Shown piece after piece: positions 42,414 to 51,686 of a DNA stretch of 64,000 nt (positions are counted from its first letter, which is position 1; each line of letters starts with the position of its first letter). The notes beneath the pieces are model-generated. The model did no database searches. It was not told where the DNA came from and saw only the letters and a program-made list of their open reading frames with translations. This stretch comes from Coriobacteriia bacterium (GTDB taxonomy: Bacteria > Actinomycetota > Coriobacteriia > Anaerosomatales > Anaerosomataceae): contig JAUSBY010000015.1 in assembly GCA_030651765.1 (NCBI GenBank), forward strand, positions 74,043-138,042. The letters run 5' to 3'. Made by a program: the position numbers and the translations under genes.

Positions 42414-43583
42414 CTACAGTGGCAGGTCCCAGATCCGCCACGTCTTATACCGCGTGCCGCCCATCGATTCGGCGGCCCGGATGATGAGGTCGTTCACTTC
42501 GAGCAGCAGCGAGACGTCGCAGGCCCCGTAACCCTTCTGCTGCGTGTACGCATGGACCTCCTGGTAGAGTAGCGCGTCGGCGCCGAGCCGACGGAAGCCC
42601 GGTACGATGCCGAAGAAGATGAGGCGGATGCGCGGAATCGAGCGCCGCGTGGCGAACAGCCGCGCGATGCGTGCGTAGTCGCTGTCGCCGTACATCTTCC
42701 ACCGCGGACGGAGCGCGTAGTTCGGGTCCGGAAACGCGCCGAGTACGGCGATCGGCTCGCCCTTGTAGTAGGCGAAGCGGATCAGCCCGGGGTCGATTAT
42801 CGGCTTGAGCGCCTCGACGAGCGCGTCAACCTCCCAGTCGGTGATGGGCAGGAAGCCCCAGTTCTGCGCCCAGGCCTTGTTGTAGATGTCGATGACGATG
42901 CGTAGATCCTCGTCGAACCGCGACATCTCGAGCGTGCGGGTCGTAAGGTGATCGCGCTTCCTGACGGCTTCGGCGACGGTGCCGATCCGCTCGTCGATGG
43001 GCTTGCGGAGGTCGATCATGTACGCGTGGTAGTCCATCGCCTTCTCGAAGCCGTACCGCTCGATGAACTCCTTGTAGTACGGCGGATTGTACGTGTGCTC
43101 CACGTAGACATCCTGGTCGAACCCGTCGATCAGGCACGCCTGCCGCTCGTGGGTGGCGTTGGAGTACTCGCCAGGCCCGCGCAGCACTTCGGCGCCCTGT
43201 CGCTTCGCCCACTCCCGCGCGGCGGAGAGAAGCGCCTCGGCCACCGCATACTCTTGTACGCACTCGAAGAAGCCGAAGAACGCGAACCTGCCGCTGTAGA
43301 AGTCGTTGAAGCGGTTGTTCACCACCACGGACACGCGTCCGAGCGGCGTCTCGCCCCTAAACGCCATGAAGTGCGTTGCCGCCGCCGCGCTGTGATACGG
43401 ATGCTGCGGTGTGAGCAGGCCGGTCAGGCCGAGGAGACGATTGCCGAGCAGGTCGGCGTCGAGTTGGGGGACCCAGTGCGGATCGCCGTGGTAGTGCTGC
43501 CAGTGGAACGCCACGAACTCCTTGATGCGCGGATCGCCGAGCGGTATCTCGTCGATGCGCACGGGTAGCGCCGGGTCGCTCAT
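42414..43583 (-). CDS. large GNAT-like acyltransferase-fold protein (function unknown)
   Basis: ATG at 43583. About 390 aa with a C-terminal GNAT-like segment (IFFGIVPGFRRLGADALLYQE). Diverges from the lipid acyltransferase gene. Confidence 0.5.
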   Translation of the reverse strand: MSDPALPVRIDEIPLGDPRIKEFVAFHWQHYHGDPHWVPQLDADLLGNRLLGLTGLLTPQHPYHSAAAATHFMAFRGETPLGRVSVVVNNRFNDFYSGRFAFFGFFECVQEYAVAEALLSAAREWAKRQGAEVLRGPGEYSNATHERQACLIDGFDQDVYVEHTYNPPYYKEFIERYGFEKAMDYHAYMIDLRKPIDERIGTVAEAVRKRDHLTTRTLEMSRFDEDLRIVIDIYNKAWAQNWGFLPITDWEVDALVEALKPIIDPGLIRFAYYKGEPIAVLGAFPDPNYALRPRWKMYGDSDYARIARLFATRRSIPRIRLIFFGIVPGFRRLGADALLYQEVHAYTQQKGYGACDVSLLLEVNDLIIRAAESMGGTRYKTWRIWDLPL

Positions 43584-43705
43584 CGTGTCTCCTTCGTGGC
43601 CGCGTCGCGACGAGCGTAGCACTGCACTTGGTGCTGGTACACTGGTCAAAACGTCGAAAGGGGCGCGTCGCGGTGCTGGGTTCGCTCTCTCGCAGTCGTA
43701 CCGGT

Positions 43706-44569
43706 ATGCGCATCGCACTCGGAATCGGTAGAGCGTTGCCGAGGCGCGCGGCCCTACCGCTGGTCGACCTCGTCGCCGGACGTATGGCGTCGGATGCCGC
43801 CTCGGCGCTCGCACGCGCCGTCCGCTCCAACCAGTACGTGGTCTCCGGCGGTACGCTCGTCGGCGCTGCGCTTCACGAGGCCGCGCGCGAGAACGTCCGC
43901 CAGATGGCGGGCTTCCTGTACGACCTCTACCACGTACTCGGCATCGCCGAGGCCGAGGACGCCATCTTCATTCGCGACGAGGCGTTCGAGGAGTTCCTGG
44001 AGCGCGAACGCACCTCGGGACCGTACGTATACGTAGGCGTTCATCTCGGCAACTTCGACCTCCTGGGACGGGTGCTCGGACGCTCCGGCTGGCGTATGCA
44101 GGTGCTCTCTGTGCCGGATCCCAACGGCGGCTACCAGTGGCAGAACGACATGCGCGATGAGGTCGGCTTTGACGTGACGCCCGTCTCACTCGAATCGCTG
44201 CGGGCCGCCGCCCGCCGTCTCGAGGCGGGTGGCTCGGTTCTTACCGGGCTCGACCGGCCGCTGCCGGAGCCCGACAAGGTGCGGCCCCGGTTCTTCGGCC
44301 ACGAAGCCCCGCTTCCGCTGCTGCACGTGCGGCTGGCCATGCGCGCCCGCGTGCCCGTCATCGCCTTCACGGCGCCGCGCATGCCCGACGGGCGCTATCG
44401 GCTGCTGGTCTCCGACCCCATCCCGATGGAGGGTGACCGCGTCACCCCCGAGGCACTTCTCGCCAACGCCGAGCGTTGCCTCGAACCGGCCGAGCGCTGG
44501 ATCGCCGAGTATCCGAGGCAGTGGGCGATGCCGCACGCGGTGTGGCCCGACGTCCGTGTCCCCGACTAG
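43706..44569 (+). CDS. LpxL/HtrB/PatA-like lysophospholipid (lipid A / PIM-type) acyltransferase
   Basis: Size and pattern of the lauroyl/myristoyl acyltransferase family (HLGNFDL active-site-like motif). Lies next to a CDP-alcohol phosphatidyltransferase. Confidence 0.7.
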   Translation: MRIALGIGRALPRRAALPLVDLVAGRMASDAASALARAVRSNQYVVSGGTLVGAALHEAARENVRQMAGFLYDLYHVLGIAEAEDAIFIRDEAFEEFLERERTSGPYVYVGVHLGNFDLLGRVLGRSGWRMQVLSVPDPNGGYQWQNDMRDEVGFDVTPVSLESLRAAARRLEAGGSVLTGLDRPLPEPDKVRPRFFGHEAPLPLLHVRLAMRARVPVIAFTAPRMPDGRYRLLVSDPIPMEGDRVTPEALLANAERCLEPAERWIAEYPRQWAMPHAVWPDVRVPD

Positions 44570-44618
44570 ACTGTCCGAGGCCCTGCCTTACCTGACGACC
44601 GCCGACAAGGAGTGACCC

Positions 44619-45296
44619 GTGTCCGACATGTCCGACATCAAGAAGCACCAGCGTGTGAACCAGACGCTCACCGCGCCGCTTGAGCGCCCGGCGCTCCTGT
44701 GGCTCGCCGCGCACTCGCCCGCGTGGATCACGCCCGACGTGCTCACCGGACTCGGCGTCGTCGGCTCGATCATGTGTTTCGGCGGCTACTGGCTCTCCGG
44801 GCAGGACGTGGGGTGGTTGTGGCTCGTGAACCTCGGCTTGCTCGTGAACTGGTACGGCGACTCGCTCGACGGTACGCTCGCGCGCTACCGCAAGATCGAG
44901 CGTCCCAAGTTCGGCTTCTACATCGACCACACCGTCGACGCCATCTCCGAGTTCCTCACCATCATCGGCATAGGCATGTCGCCGTTCCTGCGCATCGACA
45001 TCGCGGCCTTCGCGCTCATCGGCTACCTGCTCATGAGCGTGCACGTCTACGTGCGTACCGCCGTCGATGGCGTGTTCAAGATCAGCTACGGCATCTTCGG
45101 ACCCACCGAGCTCCGCATCATCATCGTGGCGGTCAACATCGCGATCCTTGTGTTCACCGACTGGTTCTTAGCGCCGCTCATCTGGGACCTGAAGCCGTTC
45201 GATCTCATCGGCATCGTGCTTGCCATGGCGCTTACCGGCGTCTTCCTCGTCACGTCGCTCAAGCACGCAGCGGTGCTCGCCCGGGAGGGTAAGTAA
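44619..45296 (+). CDS. CDP-alcohol phosphatidyltransferase family protein
   Basis: Signature D-x2-D-G-x2-A-R-x8-G-x3-D-x3-D, seen as GDSLDGTLARYRKIERPKFGFYIDHTVD. Polytopic membrane protein. Confidence 0.85.
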   Translation: MSDMSDIKKHQRVNQTLTAPLERPALLWLAAHSPAWITPDVLTGLGVVGSIMCFGGYWLSGQDVGWLWLVNLGLLVNWYGDSLDGTLARYRKIERPKFGFYIDHTVDAISEFLTIIGIGMSPFLRIDIAAFALIGYLLMSVHVYVRTAVDGVFKISYGIFGPTELRIIIVAVNIAILVFTDWFLAPLIWDLKPFDLIGIVLAMALTGVFLVTSLKHAAVLAREGK

Positions 45297-45315
45297 CCTC
45301 TCGGCGGCTCGGCAC

Positions 45316-46221
45316 ATGACTCACGCCTACGGAAAGCGAGTACGCATGCGCCTGTTCGGCCCCAGGAAGCTCGGGCTTGCGCTCGGCAGCGGGAGCGCCC
45401 GCGGCCTGGCGCATATCGGCGTGCTCAAGGTGCTCGAGGCCGAGGGTCTTGCGCCCGACGTCATCGCCGGTACGAGCATGGGCGCCGTCGTCGGCGCGTT
45501 TTACGCCGCAGGGGTGCCGCTCGCGGAGATAGAGGCGGTTGCGCTCGACTTCGACGTGACCGACATCGCCAGGGTCGGCGACCTCGCGTTCAGCAAGGGC
45601 GCGGTCTTCTCGGGCCAGAAGGCGCAGGAGTTCTTGCGCAAGCACCTTCCGGAGAGCTTCGACGATCTCCGTATCCCGTTCGGGTGCGTTGCCACGGACA
45701 TGACGTGCAACAGGCCCGTGCGCTTCACCTCGGGCGACTTGATCGCCGCCGTCCGCGCGAGCGCCTCGGTGCCGGTCGCATTCCTGCCGGTCCGGATGGG
45801 CGACATGATCCTCGTTGACGGTTACGTGAGCGAGCCGGTGCCGGTGAGTCTCGCCAGACACCTCGGCGGGCAGACGATCGTGGCCGTGGACGTCAGCGGT
45901 ACCGGCACCGTGGCGCTGCCCGAGGCGGGCTCGGCCCCCGGCGCGTTCAAGCTCAAGGAGCTGCATGCCGTGATGATGGACGGGGCGGCCCGTGACCGTG
46001 GTGACTCGGGGATCGACATTCTTGGTGCGGTATCCGAGGCTTTCGAGGCGCGGGTGGCCGAGCCCGCGCTGCGCGAGGCCGATGTGCTCATCTCTCCCGA
46101 GGTGCACTACTTCAGCGCCCTTTCGTACGGTCGGGCTGCCGATGCGATCGCTGCGGGGGAGGCTGCCGCAGTCTCGGCGGTGGCGCACATCCGTCGCAAG
46201 GCGCGCCGCTCACGGCGGTGA
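45316..46221 (+). CDS. patatin-like phospholipase
   Basis: GSGSARGLAHIGVLKVLEE oxyanion motif, GTSMGA nucleophile elbow, and DG(Y/G) Asp motif (LVDGY). Confidence 0.85.
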   Translation: MTHAYGKRVRMRLFGPRKLGLALGSGSARGLAHIGVLKVLEAEGLAPDVIAGTSMGAVVGAFYAAGVPLAEIEAVALDFDVTDIARVGDLAFSKGAVFSGQKAQEFLRKHLPESFDDLRIPFGCVATDMTCNRPVRFTSGDLIAAVRASASVPVAFLPVRMGDMILVDGYVSEPVPVSLARHLGGQTIVAVDVSGTGTVALPEAGSAPGAFKLKELHAVMMDGAARDRGDSGIDILGAVSEAFEARVAEPALREADVLISPEVHYFSALSYGRAADAIAAGEAAAVSAVAHIRRKARRSRR

Positions 46222-46296
46222 CCCGCGTGCGCCTGCTAGAATGCGAGTCGGCCGCACCGCGGCACGCATGACCGCCGACTGCGAAGGAGCCCGCAC

Positions 46297-46926
46297 GTGC
46301 CGCTCTCCAAGACCGCCCGCACCGCGCTTGGCGCTCTCATCCCGCTCGCCGCTGTCGGGTGCGCGGTTGCAATCCTAAGCATCCCGCCGGACGCCCGCCT
46401 CGGCACGATGGTGCGCTTCGTGATGTTCCATGGCGCATCGACCTGGGTGAACATGGCAACGTTCACGCTCGCCGGCCTGGCCGGGCTCGGCTACATCTTC
46501 GGGGTTCGCGGGCTGCTGCCCTTGGGCCAGGCGCTGCGCTGGTTCTCGCTGCCGCTGTGGACGCTCAACACGATCCTCGGCATCCTCTCGATGCAGCTCA
46601 TCTGGGGCGGCATCCTGTGGAAAGAGCCGCGGCTGCTCATGACCTTCGGTCTGCTCGCCGGCTCGGTCGTCATCGTCGCCATCCAGTTGATCGCCGACTC
46701 GCCAAAGGTTCCGGCGGTGCTCGATGCGTTGCTCGCGGGCGGGCTCTGGTACCTCGTGCTCGCGCTCCCGAACCTCTTCCACCCGGACAGTCCGGTCTTC
46801 TCTTCTGAGAACTCGGCCTACATCGTCGGCTTCCTCGGGATGGTCGCCTCCATCGCCGTGGTCGCGTTCGCAACGGTGACGCTCATCGCGCGCCGGCCGC
46901 GCGCCGAGAAGCCCGCCGCAGAGTAG
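46297..46926 (+). CDS. CcmC/CcsA-like heme-handling membrane protein (divergent)
   Basis: FVMFHGASTWV (compare the CcmC HVPxAW motif), a degenerate Trp-rich motif IWGGILWKEPRLLMTF (compare WGxxWxWDPRL), and a second His in LFHPDS. GTG start with GAAGGAG RBS. Confidence 0.45.
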   Translation: MPLSKTARTALGALIPLAAVGCAVAILSIPPDARLGTMVRFVMFHGASTWVNMATFTLAGLAGLGYIFGVRGLLPLGQALRWFSLPLWTLNTILGILSMQLIWGGILWKEPRLLMTFGLLAGSVVIVAIQLIADSPKVPAVLDALLAGGLWYLVLALPNLFHPDSPVFSSENSAYIVGFLGMVASIAVVAFATVTLIARRPRAEKPAAE

Positions 46927-47000
46927 AGCCGTCGCAACCTCTGGCTTGTGGAGTATCCTCGCTTGAGAAGGCCAGCCGTCCGGGGGAAAGCAGGTCACAC

Positions 47001-47498
47001 ATGGCACGCCCGACCAAGCACGCGGCGCTCATCTGCGCGATCCTCTCGGCGGTGGCGGTGGTGGGCATCATCATCGGCGTGCTCGCGAAAAGCCCGCTCG
47101 TCGTGCTGATCGCGATGGCCCCGAGCGTCGCCTACGAGGTCTACCGCACCGAGGGCGAGACGACGCGCTGGGCGTCGTGGGCGCTGGCCGGGGTACTCGT
47201 GCTTGAGTTCGTGCTCCTCGTGTTCAACATCAGCTTCGACATCGGAGCGTTCCTCGGCCAGAGCACTCGCGAGGTCGCGGGTTACTCCGTGCCACTCGGC
47301 GACCTGCGCATCGTCGGGCCCGCGGTCATCGCGGTCTGTGCGCTGATCCTCATCGCCCGCACGCGTGGCGTCTACACCAAGTGGCTGGCGGTCAACATCA
47401 TCGTGTCGGCGCTTGCACTCGCGTACGTGATCGACCCCACCGTGTTTGCCGAGCTGCTGCGCCAGGGTGCCGAGGAAGGCCTGAACGCGATCCAGTGA
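47001..47498 (+). CDS. hypothetical integral membrane protein
   Basis: Five hydrophobic segments. No motif recognised. Confidence 0.55.
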   Translation: MARPTKHAALICAILSAVAVVGIIIGVLAKSPLVVLIAMAPSVAYEVYRTEGETTRWASWALAGVLVLEFVLLVFNISFDIGAFLGQSTREVAGYSVPLGDLRIVGPAVIAVCALILIARTRGVYTKWLAVNIIVSALALAYVIDPTVFAELLRQGAEEGLNAIQ

Positions 47499-47521
47499 CG
47501 CGGGCGGCATGAAGCCTGCCG

Positions 47522-48715
47522 CTACCCGCCGATGACGCCGAGCTCTCGCCCGATCTTCGCGAACGTCTCGAGCACGAACTCCATCTGCGCGTCGGTGTGC
47601 GTGGCCATGTAGCTCGTCCGCAGCAACGCGCGGCCGGCCGGAACCGCCGGCGGACGCACGGGGTTCACGAAGACACCCTCCTCGAGCAGCCGCTTCCAGA
47701 ACGCGAACACGAGCATCTCGTCGCCTAAGATGATGGGGATCACCGGCGTCTCGCTCGTGCCGAGGTCGAAACCGAGTTCGCGGTAGCCGGCCTGCATCCG
47801 ATGCACGACTTCCCACAGGCGCTCTCGGTGCTGCGGCTCGGACTCCATCACGTCGAGCGCGCCGAGGCACGCACCCACGCTCGGCGGCGCCATGGCCGCG
47901 GAGAAGATGAACGGCCGCGAGTTGTGCTTCACGTAGTCGATGACGAGTTCGTCGGCCGCGATGAACCCGCCGAGTGAGGCGAAGCTCTTCGAGAACGTCC
48001 CCATGATGATGTCGACGTCATCGGTCACGCCGAAGTGCGCCGCTGTGCCGTTGCCGAGCGGGCCGAGCACGCCCGAGGCGTGCGCGTCGTCCACCATGAG
48101 GCGGGCGCCGAACTCCTTGAGCACCGGGATCATCTCGGGCAGGGGGGCGATGTCGCCCTCCATGGAGAACACGCCGTCGACCACCACGATCGCGCCGCCG
48201 TGGTCGTTCATGTCCGCGCGTGAGAGCGCCTCGCGCAGACTTGCCACGTCGTTGTGCTCGAAGCGCACCACCTTGCCGTACGAGAGCTTACAGCCGTCGT
48301 AGATGCTCGCATGGTCGTCCTTGTCGATGAAGACCGTGTCGTGCCGGCCCACGATCGCCGAGATGGTGCCGAGGTTGGCGCCAAAGCCGGTGGAGAAGAC
48401 GAGCGCGCTCTCCTTGCCCACGAAGCGTGCCAGCCGACGCTCGAGCTCCTCGTGGATGTCGAGGTTGCCGTTCAGGAGGCGGGAGCCGGTGCACGACGTC
48501 CCGTACTTGGCGAGCGCCTCGGCGGCCCGCTCGCGCACGTGCGGGTGCGTGGTCAGGCCGAGGTAGTTGTTGGAGCCCAGCATCACGAGCTCGCGGCCGT
48601 CGATCGTCACCCGGGAGTCGGACTCCGACGCGATCACCTGGAAGTACGGGTAGTAACCTGACTCGCGCGCCACGCGCGCATCGGTGAAGTCCCACGCCTT
48701 CTGGAAGATGTCCAT
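47522..48715 (-). CDS. alpha-oxoamine synthase family PLP enzyme (BioF/Kbl/serine palmitoyltransferase-like)
   Basis: GYYPYF N-terminus, LGSNNYLGL, SGFGAN, DDAHASGVLG, and the PLP lysine in GTFSKSFASLGGF. Confidence 0.85.
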   Translation of the reverse strand: MDIFQKAWDFTDARVARESGYYPYFQVIASESDSRVTIDGRELVMLGSNNYLGLTTHPHVRERAAEALAKYGTSCTGSRLLNGNLDIHEELERRLARFVGKESALVFSTGFGANLGTISAIVGRHDTVFIDKDDHASIYDGCKLSYGKVVRFEHNDVASLREALSRADMNDHGGAIVVVDGVFSMEGDIAPLPEMIPVLKEFGARLMVDDAHASGVLGPLGNGTAAHFGVTDDVDIIMGTFSKSFASLGGFIAADELVIDYVKHNSRPFIFSAAMAPPSVGACLGALDVMESEPQHRERLWEVVHRMQAGYRELGFDLGTSETPVIPIILGDEMLVFAFWKRLLEEGVFVNPVRPPAVPAGRALLRTSYMATHTDAQMEFVLETFAKIGRELGVIGG

Positions 48716-48879
48716 GCAAGCCTTTCTGGCGGCTGTACCGGCGTGCCCCCTCCGGTTCATGTCGGCTCATTGTACCGCTTCGGAGGGGAAGTGAAGCCGT
48801 GCTCGGTCATAACGCCAAGTCCGCCACCTGGGAACGCTTGCACGTCATAGCGTCACAACGTTATGATGCTCACGAGGTG

Positions 48880-49116
48880 ATGACGATGTCCGCTCCACGC
48901 CGTTCCACCATCTATCTCGAGCCGGAGCTCCACCAAGCGCTGCGCCTCAAGGCCGCGGTGACCGATCGGTCGGTCTCCGATCTCGTGAACGAAGCCGTGC
49001 GCGCAGCACTCTCCGAAGACGAAGAAGACCTGCGGGCGTTCACTGAGCGTGCCGACGAACCGCTCATCGCGTACGAAGAGGCACTCGAGTATCTGAAGCG
49101 CGATGGCAAGCTATAG
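48880..49116 (+). CDS. ribbon-helix-helix (CopG/RelB-like) antitoxin
   Basis: RSTIYLEPELHQALRLKAAVTDRSVSDLVNEAVR RHH motif. Overlaps the downstream toxin gene by 14 nt. Confidence 0.7.
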   Translation: MTMSAPRRSTIYLEPELHQALRLKAAVTDRSVSDLVNEAVRAALSEDEEDLRAFTERADEPLIAYEEALEYLKRDGKL

Positions 49117-49363
49117 GATCCTGCTCAAGCGCTCGGTTCTGAAGGATCTCGAGCCGCTCCCCGCGCGGGATCGCGCGCGCATCATGGAGCGCATCGGCGC
49201 ACTTGCGGACGATCCCCGGCCGCGCGGCTGCGAGAAGCTCTCCGCGCTCGAGCGGTACCGGGTCCGCGTGGGCGACTATCGCATCGTCTACGCCATCAAA
49301 GATGCCGAGCTCGTGGTCTGGGTCGTCAGGGTCGGGCACCGGCGGGACGTCTATCGCGGGTAG
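49103..49363 (+). CDS. RelE/ParE-family toxin
   Basis: YRILLKRSVLKDLEPLP......I..L..DPRP.G.EKL....RYRVRVGDYRIVYAI.D..LVVWVVRVGHRRDVY is the canonical RelE/StbE pattern. Confidence 0.8.
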   Translation: MASYRILLKRSVLKDLEPLPARDRARIMERIGALADDPRPRGCEKLSALERYRVRVGDYRIVYAIKDAELVVWVVRVGHRRDVYRG

Positions 49364-49418
49364 CACAGCTATGCAGACTCCGCCGGTCGGGTCTATGATG
49401 GCGCGGACAACCGAAGAC

Positions 49419-49535
49419 GGTGCAGGTGCCCGGGCTCATAACCCGGGAGAATAGGGAAGCCGGTGAGATTCCGGCGCGGACCCGCCACTGTAAGAGGAGC
49501 GAGCGCATCCTCGAGCCAGGAGACCTGCCTGCACC
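49419..49535 (+). promoter_or_regulatory. cobalamin (B12) riboswitch aptamer
   Basis: AATAGGGAAGCCGGTGAGATTCCGGCGCGGACCCGCCACTGT contains the B12 box (GCCACTG). P1 pairing is GGTGCAGG 49419-49426 with CCTGCACC 49528-49535. It lies upstream of a Btu-like transporter operon, and the expression platform probably extends to ~49700. Confidence 0.8.
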
Positions 49536-49705
49536 ATAGCGACGCGGCCTTCGTGGTACGAGGCACACTCGCAGCGCTTCAACCGGCGCTCCGACACATG
49601 ACCTCGAGAACCACGGGACCCCCGCCACCGGCGAGGGTCTCTTTCGTTCTCGGGGCGCGTCATCTCTTCGGCCGGAGTGTAGGCTTGAAGACGCAAGGAG
49701 GAAGC

Positions 49706-50659
49706 ATGATCAGCTTGATCCGTACGACGCTCAGGGGCCCGGTCGCCCGTGGGGTGGCGCTCGCGCTCGGACTCGCGTTCACGCTCGGGGCGCTCGCGGG
49801 CTGCGGTGCCGCGGACGACCCGGGTGCCGAGGTGCCCGCCGAAGGCGCATTCCCGGTGACCGTCGTCGACGACACCGGTCGCAGCGTCACCATCGCCGCG
49901 AAGCCCGAGCGCATCGTGAGTCTCGCGCCCGCCAACACCGAGATCGTCGCCGCGCTCGGCGCGCTCGATCGTCTCGTGGGCGTCACAACATACTGCGACT
50001 ACCCGCCGGAAGTGGCCGAGTTGCCCAAGATGGGCGACTTCGTCGGCCCCAACATGGAGGCCATCGCGGCCGCTGATCCGGACCTCGTGCTCGTGACCAC
50101 GGGTATCCAGGTCGAAGTCATCGGCCAGCTCGAGGCACTCGGCGCGTCGGTCGTGGCCATCGACCCGCAGACGCTCGACGCGCTGCTCACGTCGATCGGC
50201 ACCATCGGCGCCGCCATCGGCGAGCCTGAGGCGGCTGCCGGCGTCACGGAGTCGATGGAGATCCAGATCCACGACATCGCCGAGCAGGTGGAAGGCGCGC
50301 CCGTGCGCTGCTTCCTCGAGATCGCGCAGGATCCGCTGTTCACCGTCGGCTCGGGCACGCTCCTGAACGAGCTGATCGAGTACGCGGGCGGCGAGAACGT
50401 GGTCACCGAGGCTGGGTACGTGCCGTACTCGGTGGAGCAGCTCGTGCAAGCCGATCCCGACGTGTACCTTGCCACCCTCGGCTCCATGAACTCGCCCGCC
50501 GACATCACCGGCCGCCCCGGCTACGCGAACATCTCGGCTGTGGCCGACGGGCGCGTGTACCTGCTCGACGACAACCTGGTGAGCCGGCCGGGCCCGCGCG
50601 TGGTCGACGGCATCCGCCAGATCGCCGAGGCGCTGCATCCGGACGTCTTCGGCCAGTAG
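49706..50659 (+). CDS. BtuF/FhuD-like cobalamin or siderophore ABC substrate-binding lipoprotein
   Basis: AAGGAGGA RBS, lipobox LGALAGC, PERIVSLAPANTEIV and DLVLV motifs of cluster A-II SBPs. Confidence 0.8.
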   Translation: MISLIRTTLRGPVARGVALALGLAFTLGALAGCGAADDPGAEVPAEGAFPVTVVDDTGRSVTIAAKPERIVSLAPANTEIVAALGALDRLVGVTTYCDYPPEVAELPKMGDFVGPNMEAIAAADPDLVLVTTGIQVEVIGQLEALGASVVAIDPQTLDALLTSIGTIGAAIGEPEAAAGVTESMEIQIHDIAEQVEGAPVRCFLEIAQDPLFTVGSGTLLNELIEYAGGENVVTEAGYVPYSVEQLVQADPDVYLATLGSMNSPADITGRPGYANISAVADGRVYLLDDNLVSRPGPRVVDGIRQIAEALHPDVFGQ

Positions 50660-50660
50660 C

Positions 50661-51686
50661 ATGACTCCCTCACCCGGCAGATCGCGCGCAGCCCTCACGC
50701 TTGTGGGGCTCGCCGTCGCGCTCGCGCTCGCGATCGTCGCGGGCGTGGCGTTCGGTGCGGTGCGTATCCCGCCGGCGGAGGTGATCGCCGCCGTGTCCCG
50801 GGCGCTCACGGGGCACGGGGGCGGTCTGGCCGATGCCGTCGTGGTCGACCTGCGCCTGCCGAGGGTGCTCCTGGCGGCGCTCGTCGGCGCGTCGCTCGCG
50901 CTTGCCGGGGTGCTCTACCAGGCGCTGTTCAAAAACGCGCTCGCCGACCCGTACATCCTCGGGGTATCTTCGGGCGCGGGCCTCGGCGCCACGCTCGCGC
51001 TCGCCGCGCTCGGCACGAGTTATGCCGCGCGTGCCGTGGGCGTGCCGGTAGGCGCGTTCATCGGCGCGGCGCTCACGATGCTACTCGTCGTGCAGCTCGC
51101 CTCGCGGCGCGGCCGGCTCGATCCCACCTCGCTGCTACTCGCGGGCATCGCGGTCTCCTACACGCTCTCGGCGCTCACGTCGTTCGTGCTCGTCTACGAC
51201 CGCGAGACGATGACGAGCGTGGTCTTCTGGATGATGGGCGGGCTGCAGAACCGCTCCTGGCAGCACGTGGGGATGCTCGCGCTCATGTTCTCGGCAGGCG
51301 CCGTCGTCCCGGCGCTTTTCCACCGCGAACTCGACCTCATGCTCCTCGGCGACGAGCGCGCCGGGCAGCTCGGTGTGTCCGTCGAGCGCTTCAAGCTCGT
51401 CATGCTCGCCTCGGCCTCGCTCGTGGTCGCAGGCGCCGTGTCCGTCTCCGGCCTCATAGGCTTCGTCGGCCTCATGACGCCGCACATGGTGCGCCTCGTG
51501 ATCGGCCCGCGCCACCGGTTGCTGCTACCGGCCTCCGTGCTCGCCGGGGCGATCGTGCTCGTGATCGCCGACCTGCTCGCGCGCGTCGTGCTCGCGCCGG
51601 TGGAGATACCCGTCGGCATCGTCACCGCACTCGCGGGCGGGCCGTTCTTCATCTGGCTGCTCGTGCACAAGGAGCACCGCCGATGA
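50661..51686 (+). CDS. FecCD/BtuC-family ABC permease
   Basis: LRLPRVLLAALVGASLALAG, ADPYILGVSSGAG and GGPFFIWLL are typical of FecCD permeases. Confidence 0.85.
   Translation: MTPSPGRSRAALTLVGLAVALALAIVAGVAFGAVRIPPAEVIAAVSRALTGHGGGLADAVVVDLRLPRVLLAALVGASLALAGVLYQALFKNALADPYILGVSSGAGLGATLALAALGTSYAARAVGVPVGAFIGAALTMLLVVQLASRRGRLDPTSLLLAGIAVSYTLSALTSFVLVYDRETMTSVVFWMMGGLQNRSWQHVGMLALMFSAGAVVPALFHRELDLMLLGDERAGQLGVSVERFKLVMLASASLVVAGAVSVSGLIGFVGLMTPHMVRLVIGPRHRLLLPASVLAGAIVLVIADLLARVVLAPVEIPVGIVTALAGGPFFIWLLVHKEHRR

Noticed and set aside
49463-49705. N-terminal 81 codons of the supplied ORF 49463-50659
   Set aside because: This stretch overlaps the cobalamin riboswitch and its expression platform. 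The real start is the ATG at 49706, which has a strong RBS and a lipoprotein signal peptide.
49436-50809. 457-aa antisense ORF over the BtuF-like gene
   Set aside because: Shadow ORF; the sense strand carries the SBP motifs.
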